In this document: in pieces, positions 25,459 through 37,775 of the stretch
How the letters are laid out: every line of letters starts with the position of its first letter
Numbering within the stretch: the stretch's first letter is position 1
Source of the DNA: Chiloscyllium plagiosum
Taxonomy: Eukaryota
Assembly: GCF_004010195.1 (NCBI RefSeq)
Contig: NC_057752.1
Span: forward strand, 2,645,004-2,709,003
DNA length: 64,000 nt
Direction of reading: 5' to 3'
Program-made: the position numbers and the translations under genes
The notes under the pieces: generated by a model
The model's input: the letters and a program-made list of their open reading frames with translations, nothing else
Databases searched by the model: none
Told to the model about the DNA's origin: nothing

Positions 25459-26296
25459 ATGTTGTTTGATGAGTATGTATTATCCATTTCAGGTGTTTTT
25501 GCAATCTGTGTGTTCTGGTCTAATTGTTGCTCATCTTCAAGGATATATGAAATAGATCAACATGTTTTTGTGCTCGAATCACTTTGCTTGGTCTGTGCTG
25601 GAACATAAACACACCTTGAAGCTTTAGGTGACTTTGAGAGGCCAATCAACTATCACTTCCTTTGCTGATTCTTGCCATTCAGTTTCCTCAATTGCAAAGA
25701 TATTCCTGTACGTTTCTTGCTGTGTAGCTCAAGTGTCCTCGTACTTGACAGCTGTGCAGGTCCAGTGCAGGTATGCCCAGGCTATTTGACTGTGGGGTGA
25801 ACCTGTTCAGATGCTCATTTGCCACTTGCACTGCCTAGTGGCAATAGGGGAGGGCTGTTGAGGACAGGGGCTTCTCTGGACAATGATCAACTGCAGCAAC
25901 CCCAGGTGTGGAGTTTCCTCACCTTCGTCTTAATGACAGACAGAGACCGGTTTCAGTTCTGAAGCTACCACAGAAAGATGCAGGTGAGATTAAATTCATG
26001 AGATTACGTCTTTTTACTTTTGTCATGTTTTCTTCTTGTTCAATGAGACGGAATATTGGGGTCCTCAAAATGTCTTTTGGCCATTCTATCTGGCATGCAA
26101 CTCTTAATCACTTCTGATGTGCCTTTGTGTCCAAGTCCTTTCATCACTTCTGCAGGGATTCCATCCAATCCTAGCAGTTCTTGAAGAAATAGATTCTGCT
26201 GAAGTTTACCATTTAAGATAATTGCGTGAGGCATTCTTGTGATGTTCCTCTGTTCATTATCTTGGCGAAGGTGTTATCGGCTCTATTCAAGTCACA

Positions 26297-28810
26297 CGCT
26301 TGGTTAGAGACAAAAAAACTGCAGATGCTGGAACCAAAGTAGACAGGCAGGAGGGTGGAAGAACACAGCAAGCCAGGCAACATCAGGAGGTAGGCGAAAG
26401 TGAGGACCGCAAATGCTGGAATTAGAGGCGAGAGTGTGGTACTGGAAAAGCGCAGTAGGTCAGGCAGCATCCGAGGAGCAGGAGAGTCGATGTTTCAGGC
26501 AAAAGCCCCTCATCAGCAGGTAGAGAAGTTGACGTTTCAGGTGTAACCCTTTTTCAGGACTCAGGGTGGGTGTAGGGGCAGCTGCAGATAAAGGGGGTGG
26601 CGGGGGCAGGGTGGTGAAGTGGGGATAGGTGAAGACAGTTAGAGGGTACGACCTGGTTGATCAATGGGAGGAATGAGTCTGGTTTGTGGCAGGGAGGAGT
26701 AGAACGGAGGGGGAGGAGCTGGGAACGGAGTCGGGGGATGGGGAGGGAGGTTATTTGAAATTGAGGAACTCAATGTTGAGTCCTCCAGGCTGTAGGCTGC
26801 CCAGGCGGAAGATGAGGTGTTGTTCCTCCAATTTGTGGTTTGGTTTGTTGTGGCAATGGAGGAGGCCAAGGATGGTCATGTCCGAAAGGGAGTGGGGAGG
26901 AGAATTAAAATGGGTGGTGACTGGAAGGTCCGGTCGGCCCCTGTGGGCCTGGTTTAGATGCTCAGTGAACCGTTCCCTAAGTTTACGTTTGGTCTCCCCG
27001 ATGTGGTCTTCTCTACATTGGGGAGCACCTGATGCAGTAAACTAGGTTGGAAGAGAGGCAGGTGAACCTCTGTGTCACCTGCAAGGACTGTTTGGGGCCC
27101 GTATGGAGTTGAGGGGGGTGGTGTACCAGCAGGTTTTGCATTGTTTCCGGTTGAGGGGAAGGTACCTGGAGGTTTGGTGGTGTAAACCAAGGACTGTCGG
27201 AGGGAACAGTCCTTGTGGAAAGCAGAGAGGGATGGGGAGGGGAAGATGTTCTTGGTGGGGTAAGGATGGCAGTTTCCTTCCCTGAAGGGCATTAGTGACC
27301 CAGATGGGTTTTTCCACCAATGATACCCTCCTCAGCCTTGCCGAACTGGTTCTCACCCTGAACGGCATTTCCTTCAACTCCTCCCATTTCGTTCAAATCC
27401 AGATGGGCCCCAGCTATGCCTGCCTCTTTGTCAGATATGTCAAACAGTCCCTCTTCAGTACCTATACAGGCACTGTGCCCCAACTGTTCCGTCATTACAT
27501 CAATGACTGCATCGGTGCAGCGACTTGCACCCCGGCTGAACTAGAGCAGTTCATCGACTTCACCCACAACATCCACCACGCCCTCAAATTCACTTGGTCC
27601 ATCTCAGACACCCTCCTCTCCTTTCTTGACCTCTCCATTTCCATCTCCGGTGACAGTCTCCAGACAGACGTTTACTACAAACTCATAGACTCCCATAACT
27701 ATCTGGACTGCACATCCTCCCACCCCGTATCCTGCAAGAACTCTATCCCATTCTCCCAATTACTCCGCCTCCTCCTCATCTGCTCGGACGAGGAGACATT
27801 CCACTCCCAAGCATCACAGATGTCCACCTATTTTGAACAACATGCTTTTCCTCTCTCTGTCATCCAGACAGCCCATCACTGCACCACCTCCATTCCCCGT
27901 TCCACTGCTCTGAACTTCCCACCTCCCAAACGCAATAAAAGCAGTCTCCCCTTGTCCTCACCTACCACCCCACCATTCTCTGCATTCAACGCATCATCCT
28001 TAAACACTGCTACCAACTCCAACTAGACCCCACCGCCAAGAACATCTTCCCTTCCCCACCCCACCGCCAAGAACATCTTCCCTTCCCCACCCCACTCTGC
28101 CTTCCGCAAGGACCATTCCCTTCCACAATCCTTGGTTTGCGCCACTCTCCCCACCAACATCTCCCGAACCCCCAGGTACACCATCCCCCTCACCTCCATC
28201 CAGGGCTCCAAACAGTCCTTGCAGGTGAGACAGAGGTTCACCTGCCTCTCTTCCAACCTAGTTTACTGCAACAGGTGTTCCCGATGTGGTCTTCTCTGCA
28301 TCAGGGAGACCAAACGTAAACTTAGGGAACGGTTCACTGAGCATCTAAACCAGGCCCACAGGGGCCGACCGGACTTCCCAGTCACCGCCCATTTTAATTC
28401 CCCTTTCCACTCCCTTTCCGACAAGACCATCCTTGGCCTCCTCCATTGCCAAAATGAACCAAACTGCAAGTTGGAGGAACAGCACCTCACCTTCCACCTG
28501 GACAGCCTACAGCCTGGAGGACTCAACATTGAGTTCCCCAATTTTAAATAACCTCCCTTTCCAACCCCCTCCCCCTCCATTCCACTCTTCCCTGCCACAA
28601 ACCAGATTCATTCCTCCCATTGACCAACCAGGTCGTACCCTCTACCTGTCTTCACCTATCCCCACTTCACCACCCTGCCCCCCACACCCCCTTTATCTGC
28701 AGCTCCCCCCACACCCACGCCCAGTCCTGAAGAAGGGTTACACCCAAAACGTCGACTTCCCTACCTCCTAATGCTGCCTGGCTTGCTGGGTTCTTCCAGC
28801 CTCCTGCCTG
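26297..28810. mobile_element. Penelope-like element (family B): inverted 3' copy (~26306-27258, minus) head-to-head with a sense RT+GIY-YIG copy (~27320-28810, plus)
   Basis: ORF 27295-28026 (MGPSYACLF, RHYINDC, FLDLSI, YLDCTSSHP) and ORF 28132-28551 (NLVYCNRCSRCGLLCIRETKRKLRERFTEH). Whole unit flanked by tctattcaagtcaca (26282-26296, 28811-28825). Confidence 0.92.
26394..26510 (-). mobile_element. Single-arm family A PLE-terminus insertion nested in the family B terminus
   Basis: Duplication catcaggaggtag (26381-26393) / catcagcaggtag (26511-26523). Confidence 0.8.
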
Positions 28811-30806
28811 TCTATTCAAGTCACAGTCGGAATTGGCATATGCACCCATTGTTAATTTATGCCTGTGCCTTCAGCTGTCTCAACCCTCACTCTCTGGAAT
28901 TCCTTCTCTGCCTCTCTCGTTTGCACAGTATTTATTCCTCAATCACTGTAAAAAAAGATTGTCTGGCCGCTATTATTTTCCCGTTTGTGGAAGTTTGCCA
29001 TGCACAAGTTGGCTGCCGTGCTTCCTAATTAACTAACACATCAGTCACAACACATCAAAAAGTACTAAATTGTCTATAAAATGTTTTGGGGCCATCCTGA
29101 TATTGTGAAAGGCACTATATAAACACAAGTCTTGCATTCCTTAAGATGTTTGTTAAAACGGAACATCTCTGACCAAGCTTTTTGTTACCTGTCTTAATGT
29201 CTCCTTACATGATTCTAATATTGTCCAGCAGCAGTCCCTGAGAAATGATAATGGTGCTTTTAAACTGCACATTGTTTGCCAATATTACAAATTGCCAGGA
29301 AAGCACAGATGAGGAGAAGGGGGTCATTGAATACTGCACTGGGGTTTAATACTCTTGCCTTTGCACTTTTGCGAGGTTTAATCCAGCCAAGATCCATCGT
29401 GAGAGCGTTTCCTGTTTGAGTGGGTCTATTTTTAAAAGGGATTTGACTGTCTCAACCAACTTCCTGCTGAGATTGGCTTCATTTTTCAGGCTGAGGCTTT
29501 AGCTCCTACTCCTGTGGTCCAGGAGATGTTGGGAAACGCCCATTAGCAGTGTTGAAAGAAGAGCAGGTAGCCATTTTGTGCAGAGCAAGATCCCACAGCA
29601 TTCTGGTCAACATGTCTCCCTCAAGCCTACACCCACCGAAAGGCAGTCTTTCCACATCTTCAGTACTGTTTGGGGAGGGGGAGTGCATTTTGAGTTAGGA
29701 TAAGTGTTTGCCCACACAACAACAGTCACTTTACCTAAATAGAAGTCGTAGTTCAATATGCCTTAAGCCACTTTGACATGTTATATCACTGGCACTGTTA
29801 GAAATTTGGTTGTCACAATTTGGCAACTGATTTTGAGATATCGCCCCATTCTGGAAGTTTACATCCCCCGCTGTTTGCATAAAGCCTGAGGGCCTGACTA
29901 GCCTCAAATCAGGCAACAGTTGCCACTATTTCTCCATTGTTGGGAAACCAGAGTTGTACACCCAGTTTTTCTGATGTACCTGGTGGGCCACTGTCTTTGT
30001 ACTGACACTCTCAAAGTCCAGTTTCTGCAGCTGATCTTCCGAGGCCCCAGAAGCAACATGCTCACCATTCTGTTGTTGGGCCTATCCAGACTAAATTGGT
30101 CATGGCATTTTTGTATTGCTGATTTTGGGCTGTAGTTTCATAAGCACAAGGAAAACCCTCTGATTTTGGCTTTGTCTCTTGTTGAGACGCAGCATCAACC
30201 TTTGACTGATAATGCTCTTGGGACCTTTGGTGAAGCTAAGAGTGCTGCTTAAATGCAAACAATTTCTTCCATCTCAGCAAGGCCATCTCATTGGTCACAA
30301 GTATGATCAGACCATTTGACCATGACAGAAGAAAATAGTGTCTTCACTAGATGAAACCACCAGCACTATGTTTGTGTAATCAAAACTCAAAGCCAGCTGA
30401 TTTTCTTCAACTTATCCTGTCATCATCACTGATTAAATGCAAAGCCTCTTGAACTGCATGGCTTAATTTTACATTGGGTGTCCTTTCACCTATTGAGCCA
30501 TTATTGGAGCTCATGGTGGATGTAAAACATTGGTTTACAAACAAAAACAAAACACAGGAATGTTCCTAAGGATGAGAGACCAGTTACAAGGAAAGATTGA
30601 CAGAATTGAGACTGATTGTAGAAACTGATTGTAAGGATGGCTTGAGAGGGAGAGTTGATCCGTATCCTGAAGGATCAGACAAAATGCATCAGGAGAAACT
30701 GTCTTCGTTAGTGGAAGGATTGAGAATGAGGGGACACAGATTTAAGTTGATAGGCAAAATAAACAGAAATGATGACATGAGGAACAACTTATTTAGACAG
30801 CAAGTG

Positions 30807-30979
30807 GAGAAAGTGAGGACTGCAGATGCTGGAGATCAGAACTGAAAATGTGTTGCTGGAAAAGCGCAGCAGGTCAGGCAGCATCCAAGGAGCAGGAGAA
30901 TTGACGTTTCGGGCATGAGCCCTTCTTCAGGAATGGCTCATTCCTGAAGAAGGGCTCATGCCCGAAACGTCGATTCTCC
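30807..30979. mobile_element. PLE-derived fold-back element (family A) inserted in an old CR1 3' end (~30550-31190)
   Basis: Perfect 13-bp duplication tagacagcaagtg (30794-30806, 30980-30992). Confidence 0.88.
30944..30971 (+). ncRNA. Minimal hammerhead-ribozyme-like core (PLE type), with an identical core on the minus strand at 30903-30930
   Basis: CTGAAGA-A-GGGC-TCAT-GCCC-GAAA-C-GTC; palindromic ACGT replaces helix III; stem I is weak in this copy. Confidence 0.62.
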
Positions 30980-31611
30980 TAGACAGCAAGTGATCAGGAT
31001 CTGGAATGCACTGCTTGAAAATGTGGGGGAGCGAGATTCAATTGAGGCTTTCAAAAGGGATTCAGTTTACGATCTGAAAAGAACACCGTTTGCAGGGCTG
31101 AGGGGAATGGTGGGGAGTAGATCTGAGTTGCTTTTGCAATGAGCTGACATGGACACGACGAATCAAAGGCTTTCTCCTGTGTTGTAAGTTTATCTTATGA
31201 TTCCATGCATGTATTACTTCATATTCAAAAATTTGTAGCTCTATTACTAGGGGCAACCTCATGTCATCAACTCTCCAGGATTGCCCTGATGTTTCCTGGT
31301 ATTGAAAATTATTGTCCTGGAAATTGCTGCGAGCAAATCCTGGGATGGAAAGACAGAACAATTTGGTCTCTCTGGTGTAACCATGTCTTTGATGCTGGGG
31401 GCATGGGTATGAAACGAAAGGCTTTTTGAGTGGGTGGGGTAGTTGGGAGGTGGGAGAGCATGTATTGAGACTTGCAGGAATGCGTCCATTGGTGACCCTG
31501 TGGGAAATGCCAAGCAAAGGTACAGCTTGAAAGGTTAAGGATACTTAGTAACTAGTAGCTTAATGTGATCCTTACTTCCACCCATGAAAAGAAAGAACAG
31601 AATAGATGAGC

Positions 31612-32076
31612 ATAGAGTCATAGAGATGTACAGCACGGAAACAGATCCTTTGGTCCAACCCGTCCATGCCGACCAGATATCCCAAACCCATTCTAGTCTC
31701 ACCTGCCAGCACCCGGCCCATATCCCTCCAAACCCTTCCTATTCATATACCCATCCAAATGTCTTTTAAATGTTGCAATTGTACCAGCCTCCACACTTCC
31801 TCTGGCAGCTCATTCCATACACATACTACCCTCTGTGTGAAAATAGTTGCCCCTTAGGTCCCTTTTATATCTTTTGCCTCTCACCCTAAACCTATGCCCT
31901 CTAGTTCTGGACTCACCCACCCCAGGGAAAATACTTTGTCTATTTATCCTATCTATGCCCCTTATAATTTTGTAAACCTCTATAAGGTCACCTCTCAGCC
32001 TCCGACGCTCCAGGGAAAACAGCCCCAGCCTGTTCAGCCTCTCCCTATAGCTCAAATCCTCCAACCCTGGCAACAT
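31612..32076 (-). mobile_element. Young CR1 (HER1-like) 3' fragment
   Basis: LPGLEDLSYRERLNRLGLFSLERRRLRGDLIEVYK; atagagtcatagagatgtac tail. Confidence 0.9.
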
Positions 32077-32609
32077 GATAAGAGGAGCATGACATTAGGA
32101 ACTCGCGTTGAGAGGATTATCAAAGTCTTGAAATCCTGACTTTGTTTCAGTGCATGGTGTTATAATCCAGAAAGCTAGGTGGTGAAGGATCCAACTGGAC
32201 CAATCCTTACACACTTTTTTATTAGCATTTATTTACAGAGATGCACATTACAGACATATGCTTCCTAATCTAACAAAATCTCTGAGATTTGACAGCCATG
32301 TCAAGACCTGTGGCTGTTTCTCTCCTGGAGATTCTCTCTGACTTGGTTGCGTATTGCTCATTTTTATTTCAAGTTTTCTGCATTTGTAGAATTTTGCCTT
32401 TGCAACTGGTGTTTGTTGAGGAATCTGCATTGATTAGGAGAACTCCTTGATTCTGAATAGTGCCATATTCTTGAAACAATAAGATCCTGAGGGGACTTGA
32501 CAGGGCAAATGCTGAGAGGACTTTTCTCCTTGTGAGAGAGACCAGAATGAGGTTGCACAGTTTGAAAATAAGGGGCCTTCCATTTAAAATGGAGAGGAGT
32601 ATGATCAAT

Positions 32610-32756
32610 AGTCAAAAAATGTGGTGCTGGAAAAGCTCAGCCAGTCAGGCAGCATCTGAGGAGCCGGTTGAATCGACGTTTCGGCCATAAGCTCTTTATC
32701 AGAAATGTGGAGGGGGCAGGTGACTAAGAGATAAGTAGAGGGGTGGGGAGCTGGGA
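32610..32756 (-). mobile_element. Single-arm family A PLE terminus
   Basis: gtggtgctggaaaagctcagccagtcaggcagcatc...gacgtttcggccataagctctttatcag, followed by purine-rich PLE 3' sequence. Confidence 0.75.
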
Positions 32757-33319
32757 TCATCATACAGCACGGAAACAGACCCTTCGGTCCAATTTGTCCA
32801 TGCTGACCAGGCATCCCAACTTGACCTTGTCCCATTTGCCAGCATTTGGCCCATATCCCTCTAAACCCTTCCTATTCATGCTTTTTAAATATTGAAATTG
32901 TGCTCTGTTGAATTCTTGTTCCGAAAGACCAGTGGAGGCTGAGTTAGAAAAATTTTTATTTAGTGAAACTATTGAGGGTTATGGGGCAGAGAGGATGTGA
33001 AAATGAGACCTTGATCTTATTGAATGGTGGAGCAGGTTTGAGGGGCCTCCTCCTATTTCCTGACAGTTAGACAGAGCCTTGGTTTTAATGTTTCAAATCA
33101 GGAAATAAACAGTATCTCTGGAAGTGCAGCATTCCCTCAGGATTGCACTGGGAGTGATAGCCTAAATGTTTATCCTAAAGTGGGGCTTGAACCCACAGCC
33201 TTTTTAATTCCAATGTAAGCACACTTACCCACTGAGCCACAGCTAACACAATGGGAGTAGAGGAAAGAGTGATTTGAAGAGGGATGGAGACATTAATGTG
33301 AACTCTATCCCAGGAACAT

Positions 33320-33900
33320 ATTTGAGCAAGGTGGTGATGTTGAACCTGTACAAGATCCTTGTTAGACCTCAGCTGGAGTATTATGAACAGTAGTCAGTGC
33401 CACATTATAGGAAAGATGTGAACGTTCATTGGAGAGAGTGCAGAAGCAATTTACACAAATGGTTCCAGGGATGAGAAACTTCAGTTATGAGGATTGATTG
33501 AAGAAATTGGGACTGTTCTGCTTGGAGAGAAGATGGCCGAGAGGGAGATCTGATGGAGGGTTTCAACATCATGAGGGGACACTGGACAGAGTAGATCGGG
33601 GGAAGCTGTTCCCACATGTAAATTGAACAAGAATGAAAGGGGCATGGATTTAAAGTGATGAAGCAAGGGTGATGTGAGGAAAAACATTTTCACCCAGCGA
33701 GTAGTTAGGGTCTGGAATGCACTGCCTGGGAATGTGGGGGAGGCAGGTTCAGTTGAGATATTCAAGGGCAGCATTGGATGGTTATTTGGATAGAATGGTG
33801 TGCAGGGTAAAGGCACGAGATTGGCAGTGGGGATAGAACCAGTGCAGACATGATGGGCTGAATGACTTCCTTATGCATTTTAACAGTTCTGTGATTCTGA
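33320..33900 (+). mobile_element. Old CR1 3' fragment
   Basis: LYKILVRPQLEYY-like sequence, cacccagcgagtagttagggtctggaatgcactgcc, tail ttctgtgattct. Confidence 0.8.
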
Positions 33901-34621
33901 TCATTTGATTTGAAGATATTACCATTTACAGTTGTTAATCAGCAGTGGGGAGATGTCAGCAGGCAGATTTGTGGTAAAATAGCTCTTCCTCAGGGATGCC
34001 CCAATGCTGAGCCTCAGACCTGTCAACAGTATTGCGTGAGGCAGATCAATTGCTGTGCTTCAAAACTGATCAGTTGAGACAGCCAGTGGAGAGGTAACCT
34101 CGTAATTGAGTTTCATTAATGAAAGTTCAATGGACCTCATGGAGGCCTTTACGGTTATGAAGGAGTTTAGTCAGTTGGGTGTAGAGTCCAAAACTTGAGG
34201 CTAGAAATGTAAGATAATCACTCCTAAATTCAGTAGTGTGTTCAGCAGATACGTTTTCACTCAGCTGGGAGTGGTGAGAATATGGGAGGCAAACAGAGAT
34301 CCTTTTCAGGGGAAGTTGGATAACTGCATGAAGAGCTGGGAACAGAGAGGGAATTTTGGGGGGGAAAGGCTTGAGTGAAGCATAAGCACTGGTATGGGGC
34401 AGGTAGGCTGAATGGTCTGTCTCTGTGCTGTATGTTTGATGCAAGCCAGCGAAATATGTAATCAATGATAAATGTTGGAAGGATCAAACTGGACTGGAAA
34501 TCCTTTTCTTGAGAGCTGGCTTTTTCATAGAATTCAGTATTTCATATGTCTACCTCTGACCTGCAACTTCAGTATCCCAGAAGTCACTTTTAAAAATAAA
34601 ATGTAACCTATTTTTCTAAAT

Positions 34622-34722
34622 AACCTGTACAGAGATGTTATTACACACTTCTAAAACAGGTCAGATTTGAATCTGGGCCTCCAAGCCCAGGGGTAGGGAC
34701 GCTGCCACTGTGTCCTAAGAGG
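34622..34722 (-). mobile_element. Short tRNA-like SINE head (related copy ~39700-39790, plus)
   Basis: Reverse strand gacacagtggcagcgtccctacc...ttcaaatc resembles ggcacagagctagaatccctacctctg...ttcgggtcccac at 39711. Confidence 0.5.
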
Positions 34723-35073
34723 ATCCCCAGTGCCTTTTTTTTTAAATTCCCCCACACTGCCACTGCACCCAGTCTATCTCTTTATAAGTGCTCTGGGTGC
34801 TTAATTAACAATGACCTTAACAATATAATTGGCAGACCATTAATGATTGTCAATCATTAATCCTAGGTGTAATGTTCCAAATCCTAGGTATAATGTTAGC
34901 TGGCATCTCCAATCTCAGTGTCCAACTTTATCTCACCGAGATTGCTATCTCTGCCTGTGTTATCTGCCCCTACTCCTGGCTGGGAGCTTGCCACCTGAAC
35001 TCGAAAGTAGGCAGGATTTTCTCTCACTTTGACTTCCAGCCGTTAATGGAATTGGATTTTGTTTTTTTCCCAG

Positions 35074-35240
35074 CAGCCCTATGCCCCACCCGCCCAGCAG
35101 ATGGCACCGCCCAGTCCCAGCACCAACAGCAGCAGTAACAGCAGTAGCGTTGGAGGAGAGCAACTGAGTAAAACCAACCTTTACATCCGTGGGCTTCACC
35201 CTGGTACGACTGACCAGGACCTTGTCATGCTCTGCCAACC
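35074..35240 (+). CDS. RBMS2: RBMS-family (MSSP) RNA-binding protein, internal coding exon (exon-2 equivalent; low-complexity N-terminus plus start of RRM1 with RNP2)
   Basis: Translates [56 protein letters not shown]. Preceded by pyrimidine tract ttttgtttttttcccag and followed by gtaagt at 35241. 167 nt, ends in phase 2. [10 protein letters not shown] is closer to RBMS2 than to the HPMAPPSPS of RBMS1/3 as I recall them; family is certain, paralog less so. Confidence 0.92.
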
Positions 35241-36854
35241 GTAAGTACTTTGTGTGCTTTAAATGATCCTATGGGACTGGAGGAGAGGGGAACAACATCT
35301 TTGAGACATTTTTGTGATGGCTGTGCACTGCTGAGGTATGCTGTTTGCTAACAACAATGATCACGAATTGAATAAATCTCTTGAAATGTTGCAACTTTCA
35401 AATCTTTGACCATCCTTAAAGTTCCAGTCTTCCTTTGGTTATCCACTTGCCTCTGTCACAAAGCAAGGTGTCAGCGAGAGCTCAGAAAATGAGGTGTGGA
35501 TATCATGTTGAGGGTGTGACAGATAGTATGTGATTTGGGCGGGGGGCTTTCGAGGAGATGGCCACTCTGGTACCTTGTCCTCAGAATGGCACACGTCGAG
35601 ATCTGCAGCCTATGCCACTTGTCTTTGTTTACCCCTGTGCCTGTCTGTGCAGCAGTACAGAAATGTGACAGTGTTAGCTTTGATCGTAGTGTTAGCATTG
35701 CATGATGCACAAAGGCAACTCGCAATCAAATAAAGGACCAATGGTGGGGCCTCCTATGCATGTGCTAAGGTTGCTACCTCTGCCATTGTCACAGAGCGAT
35801 CAACTGACTGTGTCCTTTGAGGTTCACACTGGAAGATCTGAGGATTGCCCAGGTTTCCTTAAATCCAAAAAGGCTGATGGTGATTTTAGCATTTCTCACT
35901 GACTAACCCAATGCAGTAGAAAGGGTTTGTGTTCCTTCGAGTTGATGAGAGGTGACCTTGAAAGTCAAATGTTGCAACTCACCAAATTCTGGGCATGAAA
36001 CAAATTGAAAGACCTTTCATGAATATTTAGCTGAGGTTGAAAAGTGGCCATGATCGCATTGAATGGCAGAGATATCTGGAAGGGCCCAATGACCTACTCT
36101 TTCTCCTCTGTTTGTCAAATAGAATGATCTTGGGATTGATGTAATTATTTTTACCTGCTTCTCCAATTTACCATCAGTGTTTTTCAGGAGGCATCTTTTG
36201 TGCTCATTAAAGTGAGCATTGCCAGTGATGAGAAATGGCATCCCATGGCACTGTCACTGCCTTTCAGGCACCCCAGTGGTGACAGCAATCACTTCCAGTC
36301 TGGTAAAGCCCAGACTGTTTCTGAGGGCACTCTCTATTTCTCTCTCTCTTTGCTGCTGTGACAACTGAAGAGACTTGGGGGCACATGCCCACTGAACGGT
36401 ATGGTTGGTAAGAGCATGGCAATCCAGCCTAAACTCAGAGTAAAAATTTAAATGAAAGGGTAAAGTATTCTGAGTGCAAATTCTTCCCAACTTGTAGAGT
36501 TTTGTGTTGAACTCCACAGGGTGGGGCAAAATCTCCAGTGGAGATGAGGGAGAGTCCTGCTGGGTCCTTCCACCACTGCCAACAAAAAGACAGTTTTAGT
36601 TGGGAGTGAGCCTTGATTCTTTTTTAACCTGCAAATTATGACTAAATGAAGTGTGTGTGGACTCAATGCAATGAAAACTGTATGCAGTTGTTCAGTGGCT
36701 CTTGTAATATTCATTAAAAAGGTGGCAGACGAAGGTGTTTCTTTGGAAAAACAGCTGCTGAAAATTATAGAATCCCCATAGTGTGGAAACAGGCCATTTG
36801 GCCCAACAAGTCCCCACAAGTGGTCTCCATTTTAGAAGGAATACTTCAGGAGCA

Positions 36855-37775
36855 GAAACATAGAAAGCAGCAGCAGGAATAGGTCATTTGTCCCTTCGAG
36901 CCTGCTCTGCCATTCAATATGACCATGATGATCATTCAACTCACTCTCCTGTTTCTACTTTCTCCCCATACCCTTTGATGTCTTCAGCACTAAGAACTAT
37001 ATCTAACTCCTCCTTGAAAGCATTCAGTGCTTTGGCCTCAACTACTTCCAGTGGCAGAGACTTCCACAGGCTCCCCACTCTCTGGGTGAAGACATTTCTC
37101 CTCGTCTCAGTCCTAAATGGCCTACCTCATATCCTTAGACTATGATCCATAGTTTTGGACTCCCCAGTCATTGGGAACATCTTTCCTGCACTTACCCTGT
37201 CTAGTCCTGTTTTATAAATGTTATTTATAAATTTTATAATTTTATAAATTTCTATGCGATCCCCCTCATTCTAAATTCCAGTGAATATAGTGCTAACTGA
37301 TCTAGTCTCTCCTCATGTGTCAGTCCTGCTATCCCAAAAATCAGTCTGGTAAACCTTTCTTGCACTCCCTCCATCACCAGGATGTCCATCCTCAGATAGT
37401 GAGACCAAAACTGCACATAATATTTCTGGTATGGTCTCACCAAGGCCCTGTACAATTGCAGCAAGTCATTCCTGTACCTGTACTCAAATCCTCTTTGAAG
37501 GCCAACATGCTGTTTGCCTTCTTCACCGCCTGCTGCACCCGCAGTGTTTATTTTCAGAAACTTGTGTACAAGGACATCTATGTTTCATTGAATCTTCCCC
37601 TCTCCCAATCTGTTCCCATTCAGGTAATAATCTGTCTTCCTGTTTTTGCTTCTAAAGTGGATAACCACACATTTATCCACATTATACTTCAACTGTCCAC
37701 TTACTCAACTTGTCCAAATCACTCTGCAGCATTCCTGACTCATCCTCACAGTTTGCCCTCTCACCCAACTTTTCC
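36855..37775 (-). mobile_element. CR1 RT C-terminus and 3' tail
   Basis: LQLYRALVRPYQKYYVQFWSHYLRMD; same family as 3425-4445 and 53412-54185. Confidence 0.88.

Noticed and set aside
1..35073. First coding exon of the RBMS gene, and exons after 60051
   Set aside because: No recognisable RBMS N-terminal exon or GYGFVDF (RNP1) exon was found by eye; they probably lie outside the window, though a short divergent exon could have been missed.
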